Positions 51,700 through 62,172 of a stretch of DNA of 64,000 bases are shown piece by piece. The notes below the pieces were generated by a model. It worked only from the letters and a program-made list of their open reading frames with translations. It was not told the DNA's origin and did not search any database. Position 1 is the first letter of the stretch. Every line of letters begins with the position of its first letter. Made by a program: the position numbers and the translations under genes. The stretch lies in assembly GCA_031260055.1 (NCBI GenBank), contig JAIRKQ010000025.1, forward strand, positions 2,302 through 66,301, written 5' to 3'. The stretch is from Puniceicoccales bacterium. GTDB lineage: Bacteria > Verrucomicrobiota > Verrucomicrobiia > Opitutales > JAIRKQ01.

Positions 51700-54408
51700 A
51701 TGGAAACATTAGATAAGGTTTTTACCCCTGAACAGGTGGAGGGAAAATGGATGTCCAAATGGTTGAACGATTGTTGCTTTGACAAAACAATGGATAATGC
51801 AAAGAAGTCTTTTTGCATTTTGATGCCCCCGCCGAACGTAACAGGCGTATTGCATATGGGACATTTGCTTAATCAAACTCTACAGGATGTATTCGTGCGG
51901 CAAGCTAGACATCGTAACAAATGTGCCACCTGGGTTCCTGGCACGGACCATGCAGGAATTTCCATGCAAATAAAAGTTGAAAAAGAATTGATGGACAATG
52001 CTATCAATCCTAGGGAAATCGGACGTGAAAAGTTTTTAGAGCACGCCAGGGTTTGGCGTGATAAACACGGTGGGGTTATTTTGTCACAACTGAAAAGCTT
52101 TGGAGTTTCCTGTGATTTCAAAAATCAAGTCCATACCCTTGATGAAAGCTACAGCCGAGGAGTATTGGCAGCTTTCGTTGAGCTATACAAACGCGGATAT
52201 ATTTACCGCGGGAAACGAATGGTAAACTGGTGCCCTAAAACACTAACGGCCCTAAGTGATGAGGAAGTCATCATGAAGCCCCAAAAAAGTAAGTTGTATT
52301 ACATTCGCTACGAAGTTGTGGAACGGCCTGGGCAGTTTATTGAAATTTCCACCACACGCCCAGAAACAATTCCGGGAGACGTGGCGGTTGCTGTTAATCC
52401 AGAAGATGAACGCTATAAAAACCTGGTCGGGTTGCATTGCAGGCGTCCATTAAATGAGGCAGAAATTCCCATCATTGCGGATGATGCCGTCGTTCGAGAT
52501 TTTGGGACCGGAGCTTTGAAAATTACACCTGCCCATGATGCCGTCGACCTAGCAGTCGGCCAACGGCACAATTTGCCGATTGTTGATATTTTAAATGCCG
52601 ACGGAACTTTAAATGCTTTAGCCGGTCGTGAATTTGCCGGTTTGGATAGATTTGCTGCCCGGGAAAAAACGGCGGAAAAATTGCAAGCGATTGGAGCGTT
52701 GGTAAGAATAGAGGAACACGAAAACAATATTGGATTTTCCGAACGGGGCGATGTTCCCATTGAACCAAGGCTTTCCGAACAGTGGTTTCTAAAATACCCA
52801 AAGGTTAATGAGGCGAAACGTGCGGTTTCGGAAGGATTTATAAAATTCTATCCGCAACATTGGGAAAAAACCTATTTACACTGGCTGGATAACATTCAAG
52901 ACTGGTGCATTAGTCGCCAGCTGTGGTGGGGCCATCGCATTCCCGTTTGGTACAAAAAGAATTCTGACCGCAACGATAGTAACAATTGGCATGTTTCCGT
53001 TGATGGTCCTTCGGACACTGAAAACTGGGAACAGGACGAAGATGTTTTGGATACCTGGGCATCGTCTTGGATATGGCCATTTGGCGTCTTCGGATGGCCA
53101 GATCAGGAAAAAATGCGCAGAGAATATTTTCAATATTTCTATCCAACCGATGTCCTAGTAACGGGCCCCGATATTATATTTTTTTGGGTTGCCCGCATGA
53201 TCATCGCCAGCCTGGAATTCATGGGACCAAATAAAAAATCTCTAAACAGTGAGGAAATCAAGGCACGCATTCCTTTTAAAAGTGTATATTTTACAGGAAT
53301 TATACGGGACAAAATAGGGCGTAAAATGTCAAAAAGCCTAGGGAATTCACCGGAACCATTGGACCTAATCGCTAAGTATGGTGCCGATGGTTTACGATTT
53401 GGGATTCTGTTAAGTGCTGTCAGTGGCCAGGATTTGATTTTCAACGAGGATAATTTGAAACTGGGAAGAAATTTTTGCAACAAATTATGGAATGCATTTC
53501 GCTTCAGTCGAATAAACCGTGCATATCAACCGTACACTAAAATATCTCTGGCTGACATAGTTGCAAAAATTTCCATTCAAGATCTGGACATAGACGACCA
53601 TGCGATTCTGTTAAATTTGGTAAAATTTTGCAGCACGTTCGAGGAACAGGTGGAACGCTTTGAAGTCAACGCTGCCGTAAATTCCATAAGTTCATTTTTT
53701 TGGAACGAATATTGTAGTTGGTATCTTGAAGCTTCCAAAACTAGATTAAGGGAAGGGAATAAAGCAGTGTCGGCTGTCCATGACATCGTCATGCGGCAGT
53801 TGCTGCTTCTTTTAAATCCATTTATGCCATTCATTACCGATGAATTATGGAACATGGGCGAGCATGACCAACATAGCATGCAAAATATTTACTGCGAAAC
53901 ATCGAAAGATTTACGGTTAGCATTTGGTGTTCTTGGCCTGAACAAAACTTCAACCGACGTGGTTACCCAACTTAAAGAGTTTTTAAATTTATCCCGGCGA
54001 TTAATTTCACAGTCCCAGGAGTTACAAGAGCGCATGTCTCTGTTGATTTGTCCAAAAAACGAAACAGCAAGGGGGGTTTTAGAAGGTTATATCCCTAAAT
54101 TGCAAAAGCTTGTTGGCATAGAAAAAATAGATTTTACCAATGAAATTCTTCAGTTTCCATCCATCCAAACATCTCTAGGGAGAGTTTATCTTCGCGTGGA
54201 AAGGATCAATACCGTTGAAGAAAAAAAGAAACTTTCCTGGGAAATTGAAAAACTTTCCAACCTGATAAGGTTAAACGAGATACAATTAGCAAATAAGGAA
54301 TTTTTCAGCCGTGCTCCTACGCACATTGTTGAAGGCACTAAAAGAATGTTGCGGGAAAATACTCTCAAACGGGAAGAACTGCGTAAAATTTTATCTACAA
54401 TGGAATAG
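51700..54408 (+). CDS. valS: valyl-tRNA synthetase
   Basis: PPPNVTGVLHMGH (HIGH motif), KMSKSLGN and a C-terminal coiled coil. 902 aa. Confidence 0.97.
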   Translation: METLDKVFTPEQVEGKWMSKWLNDCCFDKTMDNAKKSFCILMPPPNVTGVLHMGHLLNQTLQDVFVRQARHRNKCATWVPGTDHAGISMQIKVEKELMDNAINPREIGREKFLEHARVWRDKHGGVILSQLKSFGVSCDFKNQVHTLDESYSRGVLAAFVELYKRGYIYRGKRMVNWCPKTLTALSDEEVIMKPQKSKLYYIRYEVVERPGQFIEISTTRPETIPGDVAVAVNPEDERYKNLVGLHCRRPLNEAEIPIIADDAVVRDFGTGALKITPAHDAVDLAVGQRHNLPIVDILNADGTLNALAGREFAGLDRFAAREKTAEKLQAIGALVRIEEHENNIGFSERGDVPIEPRLSEQWFLKYPKVNEAKRAVSEGFIKFYPQHWEKTYLHWLDNIQDWCISRQLWWGHRIPVWYKKNSDRNDSNNWHVSVDGPSDTENWEQDEDVLDTWASSWIWPFGVFGWPDQEKMRREYFQYFYPTDVLVTGPDIIFFWVARMIIASLEFMGPNKKSLNSEEIKARIPFKSVYFTGIIRDKIGRKMSKSLGNSPEPLDLIAKYGADGLRFGILLSAVSGQDLIFNEDNLKLGRNFCNKLWNAFRFSRINRAYQPYTKISLADIVAKISIQDLDIDDHAILLNLVKFCSTFEEQVERFEVNAAVNSISSFFWNEYCSWYLEASKTRLREGNKAVSAVHDIVMRQLLLLLNPFMPFITDELWNMGEHDQHSMQNIYCETSKDLRLAFGVLGLNKTSTDVVTQLKEFLNLSRRLISQSQELQERMSLLICPKNETARGVLEGYIPKLQKLVGIEKIDFTNEILQFPSIQTSLGRVYLRVERINTVEEKKKLSWEIEKLSNLIRLNEIQLANKEFFSRAPTHIVEGTKRMLRENTLKREELRKILSTME

Positions 54409-54484
54409 CCCCTTGCCAAGACTCACCGTGGAAAATCATGACCCAAATAAAAAATAGTTGGGGGGATTTCCCCTTTCCCCATAT

Positions 54485-55381
54485 CTAACGTTCTACATAG
54501 TGCTCCACAAGCACTTCGTCTATTATTCCCTTGCAATATGATTCCAATGCAGCAATGGAATATCCTTGTTGTCTGATGCAGTCATTTTCATGAAACTCTC
54601 CCCTCATATGTTTACATTTTTTCAAAATGTCTTTATCGGTATTATACAATATTTCATACTCCGACCCTTCGCAGTCGATTTTTAGCAGCTTACAGGATTT
54701 TAAAGCGAACTTTTCAAATATATCTTCCAGCGTTACAGACTGCACATCGCCGCTTTGAAAACCGCCAACCTTTTTCTCCGTACTCAAGCATGACCCTCCT
54801 GAGTTTGTCATATTAATATCCAAATTAACAATTCTTGCATCTTTGGTAACTGCTAAATTTTTTACGGTAATAACCCCATCGGGGATTTTATTTAGTTTAA
54901 TATTTCTTTTAAAGTTTTTAAAATTCTCTTTCACCGGTTCGAAGGCATAAATCTTCAAAAATGGAAACTTTTTAGCTAGGAAAATGGAAATCATTCCAAC
55001 ATTTCCTCCGATGTCTATCACCACATCTCCCTCTTTAAAATCTATGTTGGAAAAATCGTATGAATTATATCCAATTTCGCCAGTGGCCATTTTTACTGTA
55101 TCGGAAGTGACTAAGTCACAGAACATAAAATATTGGCCTTCCAGTAAAACCTTGTGCAAAGAAAATACCCGCGAAAAATCTTTACCCAATATTTCCCTCA
55201 CAAAAGATGCTTCCGTTTCCGACAGCTTATTATAGCATTTGGCCACTTCCAATCTCAAATTTTTTATTTCCTGCTTCGACCTTTTATGGTTGGAATAAAA
55301 AGAAACAGAAACCCCACATATTACCACAAAAAGCAATGCTACCAAAATGTTACATTTTTTCTTCATGCGGTGCTCTTTCAT
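54485..55381 (-). CDS. FkbM-family SAM-dependent methyltransferase with an N-terminal TM anchor
   Basis: VVIDIGGNVGMISIFLAKKFP...IYAFEP is typical of FkbM. An N-terminal hydrophobic helix is present. Confidence 0.72.
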   Translation of the reverse strand: MKEHRMKKKCNILVALLFVVICGVSVSFYSNHKRSKQEIKNLRLEVAKCYNKLSETEASFVREILGKDFSRVFSLHKVLLEGQYFMFCDLVTSDTVKMATGEIGYNSYDFSNIDFKEGDVVIDIGGNVGMISIFLAKKFPFLKIYAFEPVKENFKNFKRNIKLNKIPDGVITVKNLAVTKDARIVNLDINMTNSGGSCLSTEKKVGGFQSGDVQSVTLEDIFEKFALKSCKLLKIDCEGSEYEILYNTDKDILKKCKHMRGEFHENDCIRQQGYSIAALESYCKGIIDEVLVEHYVER

Positions 55382-56633
55382 CAATTCCCCTTTTTATAAA
55401 AAGTGACACTAGTAGGCCAATAAAGGTTAAAATCGGCATGGTTAGAAGGGCATTTCTGAAAGCGATATGGGATACCACTTCCCTATCGCAGGTAGAATTT
55501 CTCTCCATTAGCCAACCAACTATGGGTTGGAATATTCCTCCCACAAACATTATAATCATGTTGACTACAGCAATTGCACTACCCTTTGCACTTGGCAAAT
55601 TAGCCTCCAAACTTGCAACAAAGCAAATCACCTGCGGACTCGAAGAAATGCCGGCTAAAAACAACAACAACCCTATGATAAATGGAGACTGTATGGGACA
55701 TATCAGTATCACTGAGAAAAAAATTGTACTTAGAAAACAGCCGAGTACTAATAGTTTCCTTCTGCACCTTATTAGGTCCGACAATAACCCAACTAGCGGC
55801 CCTCCGATTAGCCACCCTATGTAAAGCATGCTGGCAACCTTAGCAGCCTCCGCTTTGTGTAAACCCAACGCACTTCGTATGTATTGAACCCCCCAAAGAT
55901 CACCAAATACGACAGTTGGCATATACAGGCAGCTGGCTACTACCCCCACTACCCACGTTTGTTTGTTGCGACAAACCGAAACTAATCCAGCAGCCAAATG
56001 CGCCAACGGAGATCGGTCAGATTTTGAAATCTGTTGTTTTTCCTTCTCCCAACGGGGTGTCTGTGGGATAAATAGATATACAATTATGAACGTTATCAAC
56101 CCTATAATTGCCAATAGTACCAACGACATCCTCCACCCGGATTTATCTATCAAAACCGATAGTGGAGCCTGTCCCAAAAGAGCTCCACAGATTCCAAGTG
56201 ATGTGGCTAAGCCCGATAAAAAGGCCAATTTATTTTCATGGAACCACACCGCAGCTAAATACATGACCCCAATGAAAGCACAGCTTGAACCCACTCCCGC
56301 CAAAATCCTTCCCAGGGTTATATAGAGTAGGGAATTGCTTGGAATAATCATGCAAAGACATCCAGTGGATACCAAAACGGAAGCGGGAACAAGTACTTTT
56401 TTACCTCCAAATTTGTCAAATAGTAAGCCGGCAAACAATTGTAGGGGGGAATAGACCAAATAATAGGCTCCTAATACGGCACCCATCGTCGCAGCAGACG
56501 CAGAGAACTCCACAGCCAACTCATGTTCCATTACGCTGGGAGCAATGCGGACTGCGTATTCATATAGGTAGAAAATTGATGCTGCCATCCATGCGAACCA
56601 GGCAACACGACCACTCTTTTTTTCATGCTTCAT
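55350..56633 (-). CDS. MFS transporter
   Basis: 427 aa with about 12 hydrophobic segments and a two-halves organisation. Confidence 0.85.
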   Translation of the reverse strand: MKHEKKSGRVAWFAWMAASIFYLYEYAVRIAPSVMEHELAVEFSASAATMGAVLGAYYLVYSPLQLFAGLLFDKFGGKKVLVPASVLVSTGCLCMIIPSNSLLYITLGRILAGVGSSCAFIGVMYLAAVWFHENKLAFLSGLATSLGICGALLGQAPLSVLIDKSGWRMSLVLLAIIGLITFIIVYLFIPQTPRWEKEKQQISKSDRSPLAHLAAGLVSVCRNKQTWVVGVVASCLYMPTVVFGDLWGVQYIRSALGLHKAEAAKVASMLYIGWLIGGPLVGLLSDLIRCRRKLLVLGCFLSTIFFSVILICPIQSPFIIGLLLFLAGISSSPQVICFVASLEANLPSAKGSAIAVVNMIIMFVGGIFQPIVGWLMERNSTCDREVVSHIAFRNALLTMPILTFIGLLVSLFIKRGIDERAPHEEKM

Positions 56634-56703
56634 TATGTCTCTGCATTAATTTGTACAATTTCTGAACCCAAGACAACAGAAAAAGTTAAAACGGCAACAT
56701 AAT

Positions 56704-57537
56704 TTATTTAAAAAGTTTAAAAAGAAATTCCGTCGCAGAATCTTGGGTGTTGACCAGGGAAATTTTTATCCCAATATTTTCCACATCTTTAAAAATTAAT
56801 TTTTGGTAAGCAGCGTATTGGGTCGCTATCTTAGCCATCATTTCGGTATCACTGGTATCAATTTCGAAAATTTCACCGGTTTCCGAATCTTCGATTGTAA
56901 TTCTACCAAGCTGCGCCACCAACATTTCATTATTATCTACCATAGGAAACATCATTACGTCATGCCTTGACTTTAAAATGTGTAGCTGGGCTAGTATTGC
57001 TTTTCTTCCAACGGTCAAAGCAAACGTATCGCAAATCAAAATGACCCTAGATCTTTTGGTTAATACTTTGTTCAGAAATTTTAAGGCAACCAACAAATCT
57101 GTCCGCAGCTTTTCCGGCGAATGAATTATTTTGTCAATTGCGTATGGGAAACACTGCGTGTGCCGCCGTGGTGGAAAATATTTCTCCACTCTGTTAGAAA
57201 ACATAAGACAACCCATCCTGTCGTTATTTTTTTCTGATAACTGGGATAGGATTTTTAAAACATCTATCGCCAATGAAATCTTAGGCTGTTTTTTAGTTCC
57301 AAACTTTATGGATTCACTAACATCCAATGCAAAAATGATATCATTTCCACTATCGGCACAAATATTGTTTACGGACAAAGCGTTGGTTTTGGCAGTGATG
57401 TTCCAATTTATGAGACGGGTATCATCCCCTGCCACATATTCTCTGGCATCAGCCAGCACGACACCACTTGGATAAAAGAACCTGCGGTATAGTTTTGAAA
57501 GTACACTTTTAGTCCACAAAGCCATATCACTAACCAC
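56704..57537 (-). CDS. DUF58 (MoxR-associated vWA-like) family protein, N-terminally short
   Basis: REYVAGDDTRLINWNITAKT matches the DUF58 R.Y..GD..R.IdW..tA+ motif, followed by the vWA-like FALDVSESI. No MoxR ATPase gene is nearby. Confidence 0.68.
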   Translation of the reverse strand: MVSDMALWTKSVLSKLYRRFFYPSGVVLADAREYVAGDDTRLINWNITAKTNALSVNNICADSGNDIIFALDVSESIKFGTKKQPKISLAIDVLKILSQLSEKNNDRMGCLMFSNRVEKYFPPRRHTQCFPYAIDKIIHSPEKLRTDLLVALKFLNKVLTKRSRVILICDTFALTVGRKAILAQLHILKSRHDVMMFPMVDNNEMLVAQLGRITIEDSETGEIFEIDTSDTEMMAKIATQYAAYQKLIFKDVENIGIKISLVNTQDSATEFLFKLFK

Positions 57538-58746
57538 CTACTCAATCGCCGACAATAACCACTGGGCAACGGACATATCTTTTCCCGCAGACAGTATTTT
57601 TTTCAACTCCTTCGAAACCTTTCGCAATGGACGCTGAAGCTTTTCGTCGTCGATATATGGCAAAATATATTTTGCAACTGATTTTGGTTTCAGTTGGAAT
57701 TGTATAAATTCCCGCCACACGCATCGATTGAGTAAAATATTTGCAATGCCCAAATGTTTTACATTCACCAACATTTTCCCAATGGCATAGGTCAGTGGAT
57801 GCGTTTTATACACAATGGCACCGGGAATACCACTCAAACAGCATTTTAAAGACATGGTGCCTGAACTCATGATGGCTGCACATACCTCAATGCTATTCCC
57901 GTCTGGCACAAATGTTATTTTATCTAACAGTTTTGAAAATTTCCTATTTAAAATTTTTCGCAGGATAGCCAATATCGTTTCATCGGGGTATACCACAATT
58001 GCCGTACATTCGCTCCTGTGTTTCAAAATCTCATTGAAACTGTCCAATAGTAAGGGGAAAATTTTTTTAACGGTGGGACCTCTGCTGCCAGGAAGTAGCA
58101 CAATTGGTCCCCTAGGGTTGTACGTGACATTTAATTTGTAAGAATCCGCCACAAACGGATGTCCCACAAAGCTGACGTCAAGATCGGTTTTCTCAAACCA
58201 GTTCCTTTCAAACGGGAAAATTGTTGCCATTCGATCGACAAATTTTGCCATTTGGAAGCATCGTTTTGGTTTCCATGCCCAAATTTGCGGCGATATGTAG
58301 TAGAGAACTTTTATGTCTCCCCTGGCCTTTTGGGAAAGCTTAGCGTCGAATAGCATTTGAGCCAGCCGAATGTTGAAACCTGGATAATCTATGAGACAAA
58401 TGGCCCGGGGATGATTGTTTTTGATCCACAAAAATACCTGCTTTATCAATTTGGCAAAAAAGAAAATGTTCCGCCAAACTTCGTATAAACCAACCACCGA
58501 AAATTTTGTCATGTCCAAAATTACATCAGCTCCAGCATTTCTGAGTGCACTTCCTCCAAATGCCGCAACATTGATATCGGGACGTATTTTTTTAACTTCA
58601 GCCAGCATTTCTGCTGCATGCTGATCACCCGAGTGTTCTCCTGCTATGATAACTAAATCTATCCGTTGTCCCCGGTGGGACTCTAGGTCAAACTTTAAAT
58701 TCTTCACCTGTGAGGCAGAGTAAAATGAGGCAAATGGTTTTGTCAA
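57538..58746 (-). CDS. lpxB: lipid-A-disaccharide synthase
   Basis: LVIIAGEHSGDQHAAEML N-terminal motif and overall GT19 pattern. The TTG start is uncertain. Confidence 0.9.
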   Translation of the reverse strand: MTKPFASFYSASQVKNLKFDLESHRGQRIDLVIIAGEHSGDQHAAEMLAEVKKIRPDINVAAFGGSALRNAGADVILDMTKFSVVGLYEVWRNIFFFAKLIKQVFLWIKNNHPRAICLIDYPGFNIRLAQMLFDAKLSQKARGDIKVLYYISPQIWAWKPKRCFQMAKFVDRMATIFPFERNWFEKTDLDVSFVGHPFVADSYKLNVTYNPRGPIVLLPGSRGPTVKKIFPLLLDSFNEILKHRSECTAIVVYPDETILAILRKILNRKFSKLLDKITFVPDGNSIEVCAAIMSSGTMSLKCCLSGIPGAIVYKTHPLTYAIGKMLVNVKHLGIANILLNRCVWREFIQFQLKPKSVAKYILPYIDDEKLQRPLRKVSKELKKILSAGKDMSVAQWLLSAIE

Positions 58747-58925
58747 ACCATATGGAGAAATCCACGGTGGAACGCGTATCGATTCCTATATTTAGCACAT
58801 CTCACAATGTTTCCCGGATAAAACTTCAAGAAGCCCACCAAATGACTTGATAAGCTTCCTCCCTTGGAACATGTTGCCCCATTAGATACTTCTGGGCAAC
58901 AAAAACTGTTTTCTAAAATGCACTT

Positions 58926-59802
58926 TTACAGTGCTTCCATAGCAGCCTTCAATGCAGGAAATTTTTCCCTAAGTTCTGTAAGTTTTCTTCTACCACTTCT
59001 TCCGCGCATTTCATACCTTATAGCTTCACATATGGTACGCCAGTATTCTTGATTTGCTGAGTCTGGCGATGAAAGTTTGCTTAAAATTAAATTAGTGAGG
59101 TTTTGTAGTTGATCTCCGAACTTCCTCCGCCGACCTTTATTGGCATAGACATCCACCATCGCCTGGGCTAAAGGAGTTACCCGTCCATCAACTTCTTCAT
59201 TTTGTAAATCTTCCGGCGACAGTTCGCATTCCATTCGGATATACTCTTTTGCCTCTTTTAGAGTAGGACGTTTCTCCATTTTTCTCCATAAAAACTTTTT
59301 TCCAGATAACATATAATACCTAAAATCATCCGCCGCCGCCTGATCTCCCCCGAAAAGCTCTAGCCAGCGATCTTCTGATATGCCTTTGACCAGTTGAATA
59401 GCTATTCGATATCCGTCGGGTAAGAAGAGTACAAGTGCTAATTTGCTCGGGTCAGTTCTGCCTTTGAAACGCAACAATTCAACGATTTCATCCTCCGTCA
59501 AATTTGCAGCCTCTTCTGCTGTAAGATCCAATAAAGATGCCGAATCATCTTGGATTTCGTCGTGCAACAACGCGAGGGGCGGCAATTGCCACCGAACGTG
59601 TTGCCAGAACATCCTCAGGTACTTTTCCTGAAGGGATACTAACTGCTTTATCACATACTACAACGGAATCTCCAACCTTTGCAGCAGTGCTTGCTTTTTC
59701 CAGTGATTTCGTACCTAATTGACCGTAATTGTGGGCAAACGGCGTTTTTTCTACTCTTCTCATAGGAAAGATACCTAGAAACAATTTTCCACGAATTGTC
59801 AA
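58926..59802 (-). pseudogene. paralog 1 of the tandem unknown family, split by a frameshift in the linker
   Basis: The N-terminal fragment ORF 59545..59802 (MTIRGKLFLGIFPMRRVEK...PRVVA) and the C-terminal ORF 58926..59654 (...AANLTEDEIVELLRFKGR...) are in different frames. Together they align to the full length of paralog 2. Confidence 0.6.
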
Positions 59803-59850
59803 TATTTTGAAATATTTTTTTGAATTTATCGATATTTTTACACGGAAACT
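59797..59850 (-). promoter_or_regulatory. conserved 5' cassette of paralog 1 (TTGACA box, TATCGATA palindrome)
   Basis: Nearly identical to 60877..60930 upstream of paralog 2. The minus strand reads ...AAAAATATCGATAAATTCAAAAAAATATTTCAAAATATTGACAAT. Function is inferred from position and conservation only. Confidence 0.35.
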
Positions 59851-59982
59851 TCCTTGCTTTCCTTAAAACTTTCGTTTGCCGAGACCTTCGTTTTTTAGCA
59901 TTACAATGGGAAGAAGAACTTCCCAAAATGAGGGGAAACATTTACCAATGGAGTAGCAAAAACTGTTTTCTAAAATGCACTT

Positions 59983-60882
59983 TTACAATGCTTTCATAGC
60001 AGCCTGTAATGTAGGATATTTTTCCTCAAGTTCTATAAGTCTTGCTTCGCCATCTTCACCACCTTCGCCATCTTCACCAACAGTCTCTTCTATTACGGCT
60101 TCACATATGTTATTCCAGTATACTTGATTTTCTTCGTCGGACGGTGGAAGTTTGCCAAATATGGAATCAACAATTTTTTGTAATCGTCTTTCAAACTCTT
60201 CCCGCCGAGCTTTATGGCCATAAGTATCCACTACCGCCTGTGCTACGATTCCCGATCGCTCTTCAAATCTTTCCTTTGGGAAACCCTGCGGCAGAGGTTC
60301 ACTTTCTACTCGGACAAGCTCTTCTATCTCTTCTACTGTTGGGATCTCAACTATAATTTTATCAAGGTAATCTTCTGGAAATAATATATACTTGAAATGA
60401 TCCGCCGATACGACATCCCCCCCGATGGAACTTAGTAAGAAACCTCCCGACATTCTATTTACCATTTGAGTAACCAAATGTTCCCCGTTTGGTAAAAAAA
60501 GCATAATGGCAAATTTGCTCGCGTCAAACCGGCCTTTAAAGTAAAGTTGTTCGCCAATTTCGTCCTCCGTTAGACTTGCAGTATTTTCCACCGTAAATTC
60601 CAGCCAACATCTTGGAGGAGTACCTGTTGAAGTCTGTGGAACGGCGGCAGGTAGAGCGGTATCAGCCACCGCAAAACGTGCTACTAACCCATCTTCGGAC
60701 ACTTTTCTCGGAGGAATACCAACTTTTTTATCGCCTATTACAACGGGATCTCCAACCTTTACGGCAGCGCTTGCTTTTTCCGGTGATTTCATACCTAATT
60801 GATCATAACCGTGAACAGACTGCGTTCTTTCTACTCTTCTCATAGGAAAGATACCTAGAAACAATTTTTTCCAAATTGTCAA
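59983..60882 (-). CDS. paralog 2 of the tandem unknown family
   Basis: 299 aa and acidic. It shares the blocks VGIPPRKVSED, WLEFTVEN.ASLTEDEI, LFLPNG, RREEFERRLQ, ENQVYW and EKYPTLQAAMKAL with its neighbours. Confidence 0.7.
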   Translation of the reverse strand: MTIWKKLFLGIFPMRRVERTQSVHGYDQLGMKSPEKASAAVKVGDPVVIGDKKVGIPPRKVSEDGLVARFAVADTALPAAVPQTSTGTPPRCWLEFTVENTASLTEDEIGEQLYFKGRFDASKFAIMLFLPNGEHLVTQMVNRMSGGFLLSSIGGDVVSADHFKYILFPEDYLDKIIVEIPTVEEIEELVRVESEPLPQGFPKERFEERSGIVAQAVVDTYGHKARREEFERRLQKIVDSIFGKLPPSDEENQVYWNNICEAVIEETVGEDGEGGEDGEARLIELEEKYPTLQAAMKAL

Positions 60883-60930
60883 TATTTTGAAATATTTTTT
60901 CGAATTTATCGATATTTTTACGCGGAAACT
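60877..60930 (-). promoter_or_regulatory. conserved 5' cassette of paralog 2
   Basis: Same cassette as 59797..59850 (TATCGATA at 60907-60914, TTGACA complement at 60877-60882). Confidence 0.35.
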
Positions 60931-61021
60931 TTCTTAAACTTTCGTTCTCCGAGACCCTAACGGGAATTCACAATCACTTTTCGAAAAACATGCTCCTCTC
61001 TAGAGTCGTGGGAGCGCAAGG

Positions 61022-61906
61022 TTAAAAGTCAAATGTAGGAAATCCTTCCCTAGCTCTTGCACGTTTTTCTTCACCATCTCCATTTGCTCTGTGAGACTCA
61101 TCTATCATAGCTTGAGTAGCTCCACGTATGGTATCCCAACATACTTGATTTTCTGCGTTAGGCGGTGGAAATTTGCCAACGATCAAATCGGCAACATTTC
61201 GTAGTTGCCTTTCAAACTCTTCCCGCCGATCTTTATGGATATAAGTGTCTATTATCGCCTGGCTCACGCCGTCTATTAGTCCATCAAATTTTCCCTTCAG
61301 TGGACCCCGTGGCAAAAATTCACATTCCGCTCGTACATCATTACCTACCATTTCTTTCGTCGGGATTTCATCTATTTTTCCTTCTTTAGCGAAAGACTCT
61401 TCTGGAAAGAATATACACATAAGGTCATCCGCCGACATTGCATTTTCCCCGATGAGTTCCAATAGGCGATTTCCTGATATTCTATTGGCTAGTTGAATAG
61501 CTATTTGATACCCGTCTGGCAAGAAAAGTACAATGCCAAATTTGCCCACATCAAACCTTCCCTGGAAGAACAGTAATCGGATAATTTCGTCCTCTGTCAG
61601 ATTTGCAGCATTCTCCACCGTAAACTCCAGCCAAGACGTCGGAGAGTTAACCGCTGAACTTTGGAGAACAACAACAGGTGGAGCAACAACACGAGGGGCA
61701 GAATCAACTACCACCGAACGTGTCGCCAGCACATCCTCGGACACTTTCCTCGGAGGAATACCAACTATCTTACCGCCTACTACAATGAAATCTTCATCTT
61801 CTGCAGCGTCGTAGTCTTCTCTCACTAGTTTTGCAACTAATTGGTCACGCCTGTGCGTACACTTCATTATTTCTAATCCGTCCATACGGAAAACACCCAG
61901 AAACAA
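61022..61906 (-). CDS. paralog 3 of the tandem unknown family
   Basis: 294 aa, homologous to paralogs 2 and 4. An in-frame TAG sits where the other copies have codon 4, so the real start is probably an internal TTG or ATG. Confidence 0.68.
   Translation of the reverse strand: MFLGVFRMDGLEIMKCTHRRDQLVAKLVREDYDAAEDEDFIVVGGKIVGIPPRKVSEDVLATRSVVVDSAPRVVAPPVVVLQSSAVNSPTSWLEFTVENAANLTEDEIIRLLFFQGRFDVGKFGIVLFLPDGYQIAIQLANRISGNRLLELIGENAMSADDLMCIFFPEESFAKEGKIDEIPTKEMVGNDVRAECEFLPRGPLKGKFDGLIDGVSQAIIDTYIHKDRREEFERQLRNVADLIVGKFPPPNAENQVCWDTIRGATQAMIDESHRANGDGEEKRARAREGFPTFDF
61615..61812 (-). repeat. 198-nt block nearly identical to 62847..63044 (paralog 3 copy)
   Basis: Hand alignment gives about 12 mismatches in 198 nt against paralog 4, while the 3' halves of the two genes are much more diverged. 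Confidence 0.8.
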
Positions 61907-62172
61907 TTTCTTCTAAATTGTCAATGCTTTGACAATAGTCCCTCTTGGTTTGTCAAAATTTTTATACTATGCGGCTCCATTGCTTCCCCGGAAGCTTCAT
62001 TTTCCAACATCTCACGGGAAAAAGAAATGATTCCCTCCCATGAGGTGAAAAGACGGAGGAACCTAAAAAAGTCAGCATTTGATATCAAAAAAATGAAGAC
62101 CATGTGACAGGGCAAGAAAATTGTCCTATGCGACCGTGATTTCACGGCCATTGATTCTTGTCTTTTTGATAT

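Noticed and set aside
55207-55824. A 205-aa plus-strand ORF across the FkbM/MFS junction.
   Set aside because: It is antisense to the MFS transporter and the methyltransferase gene, and it has no recognisable motif.
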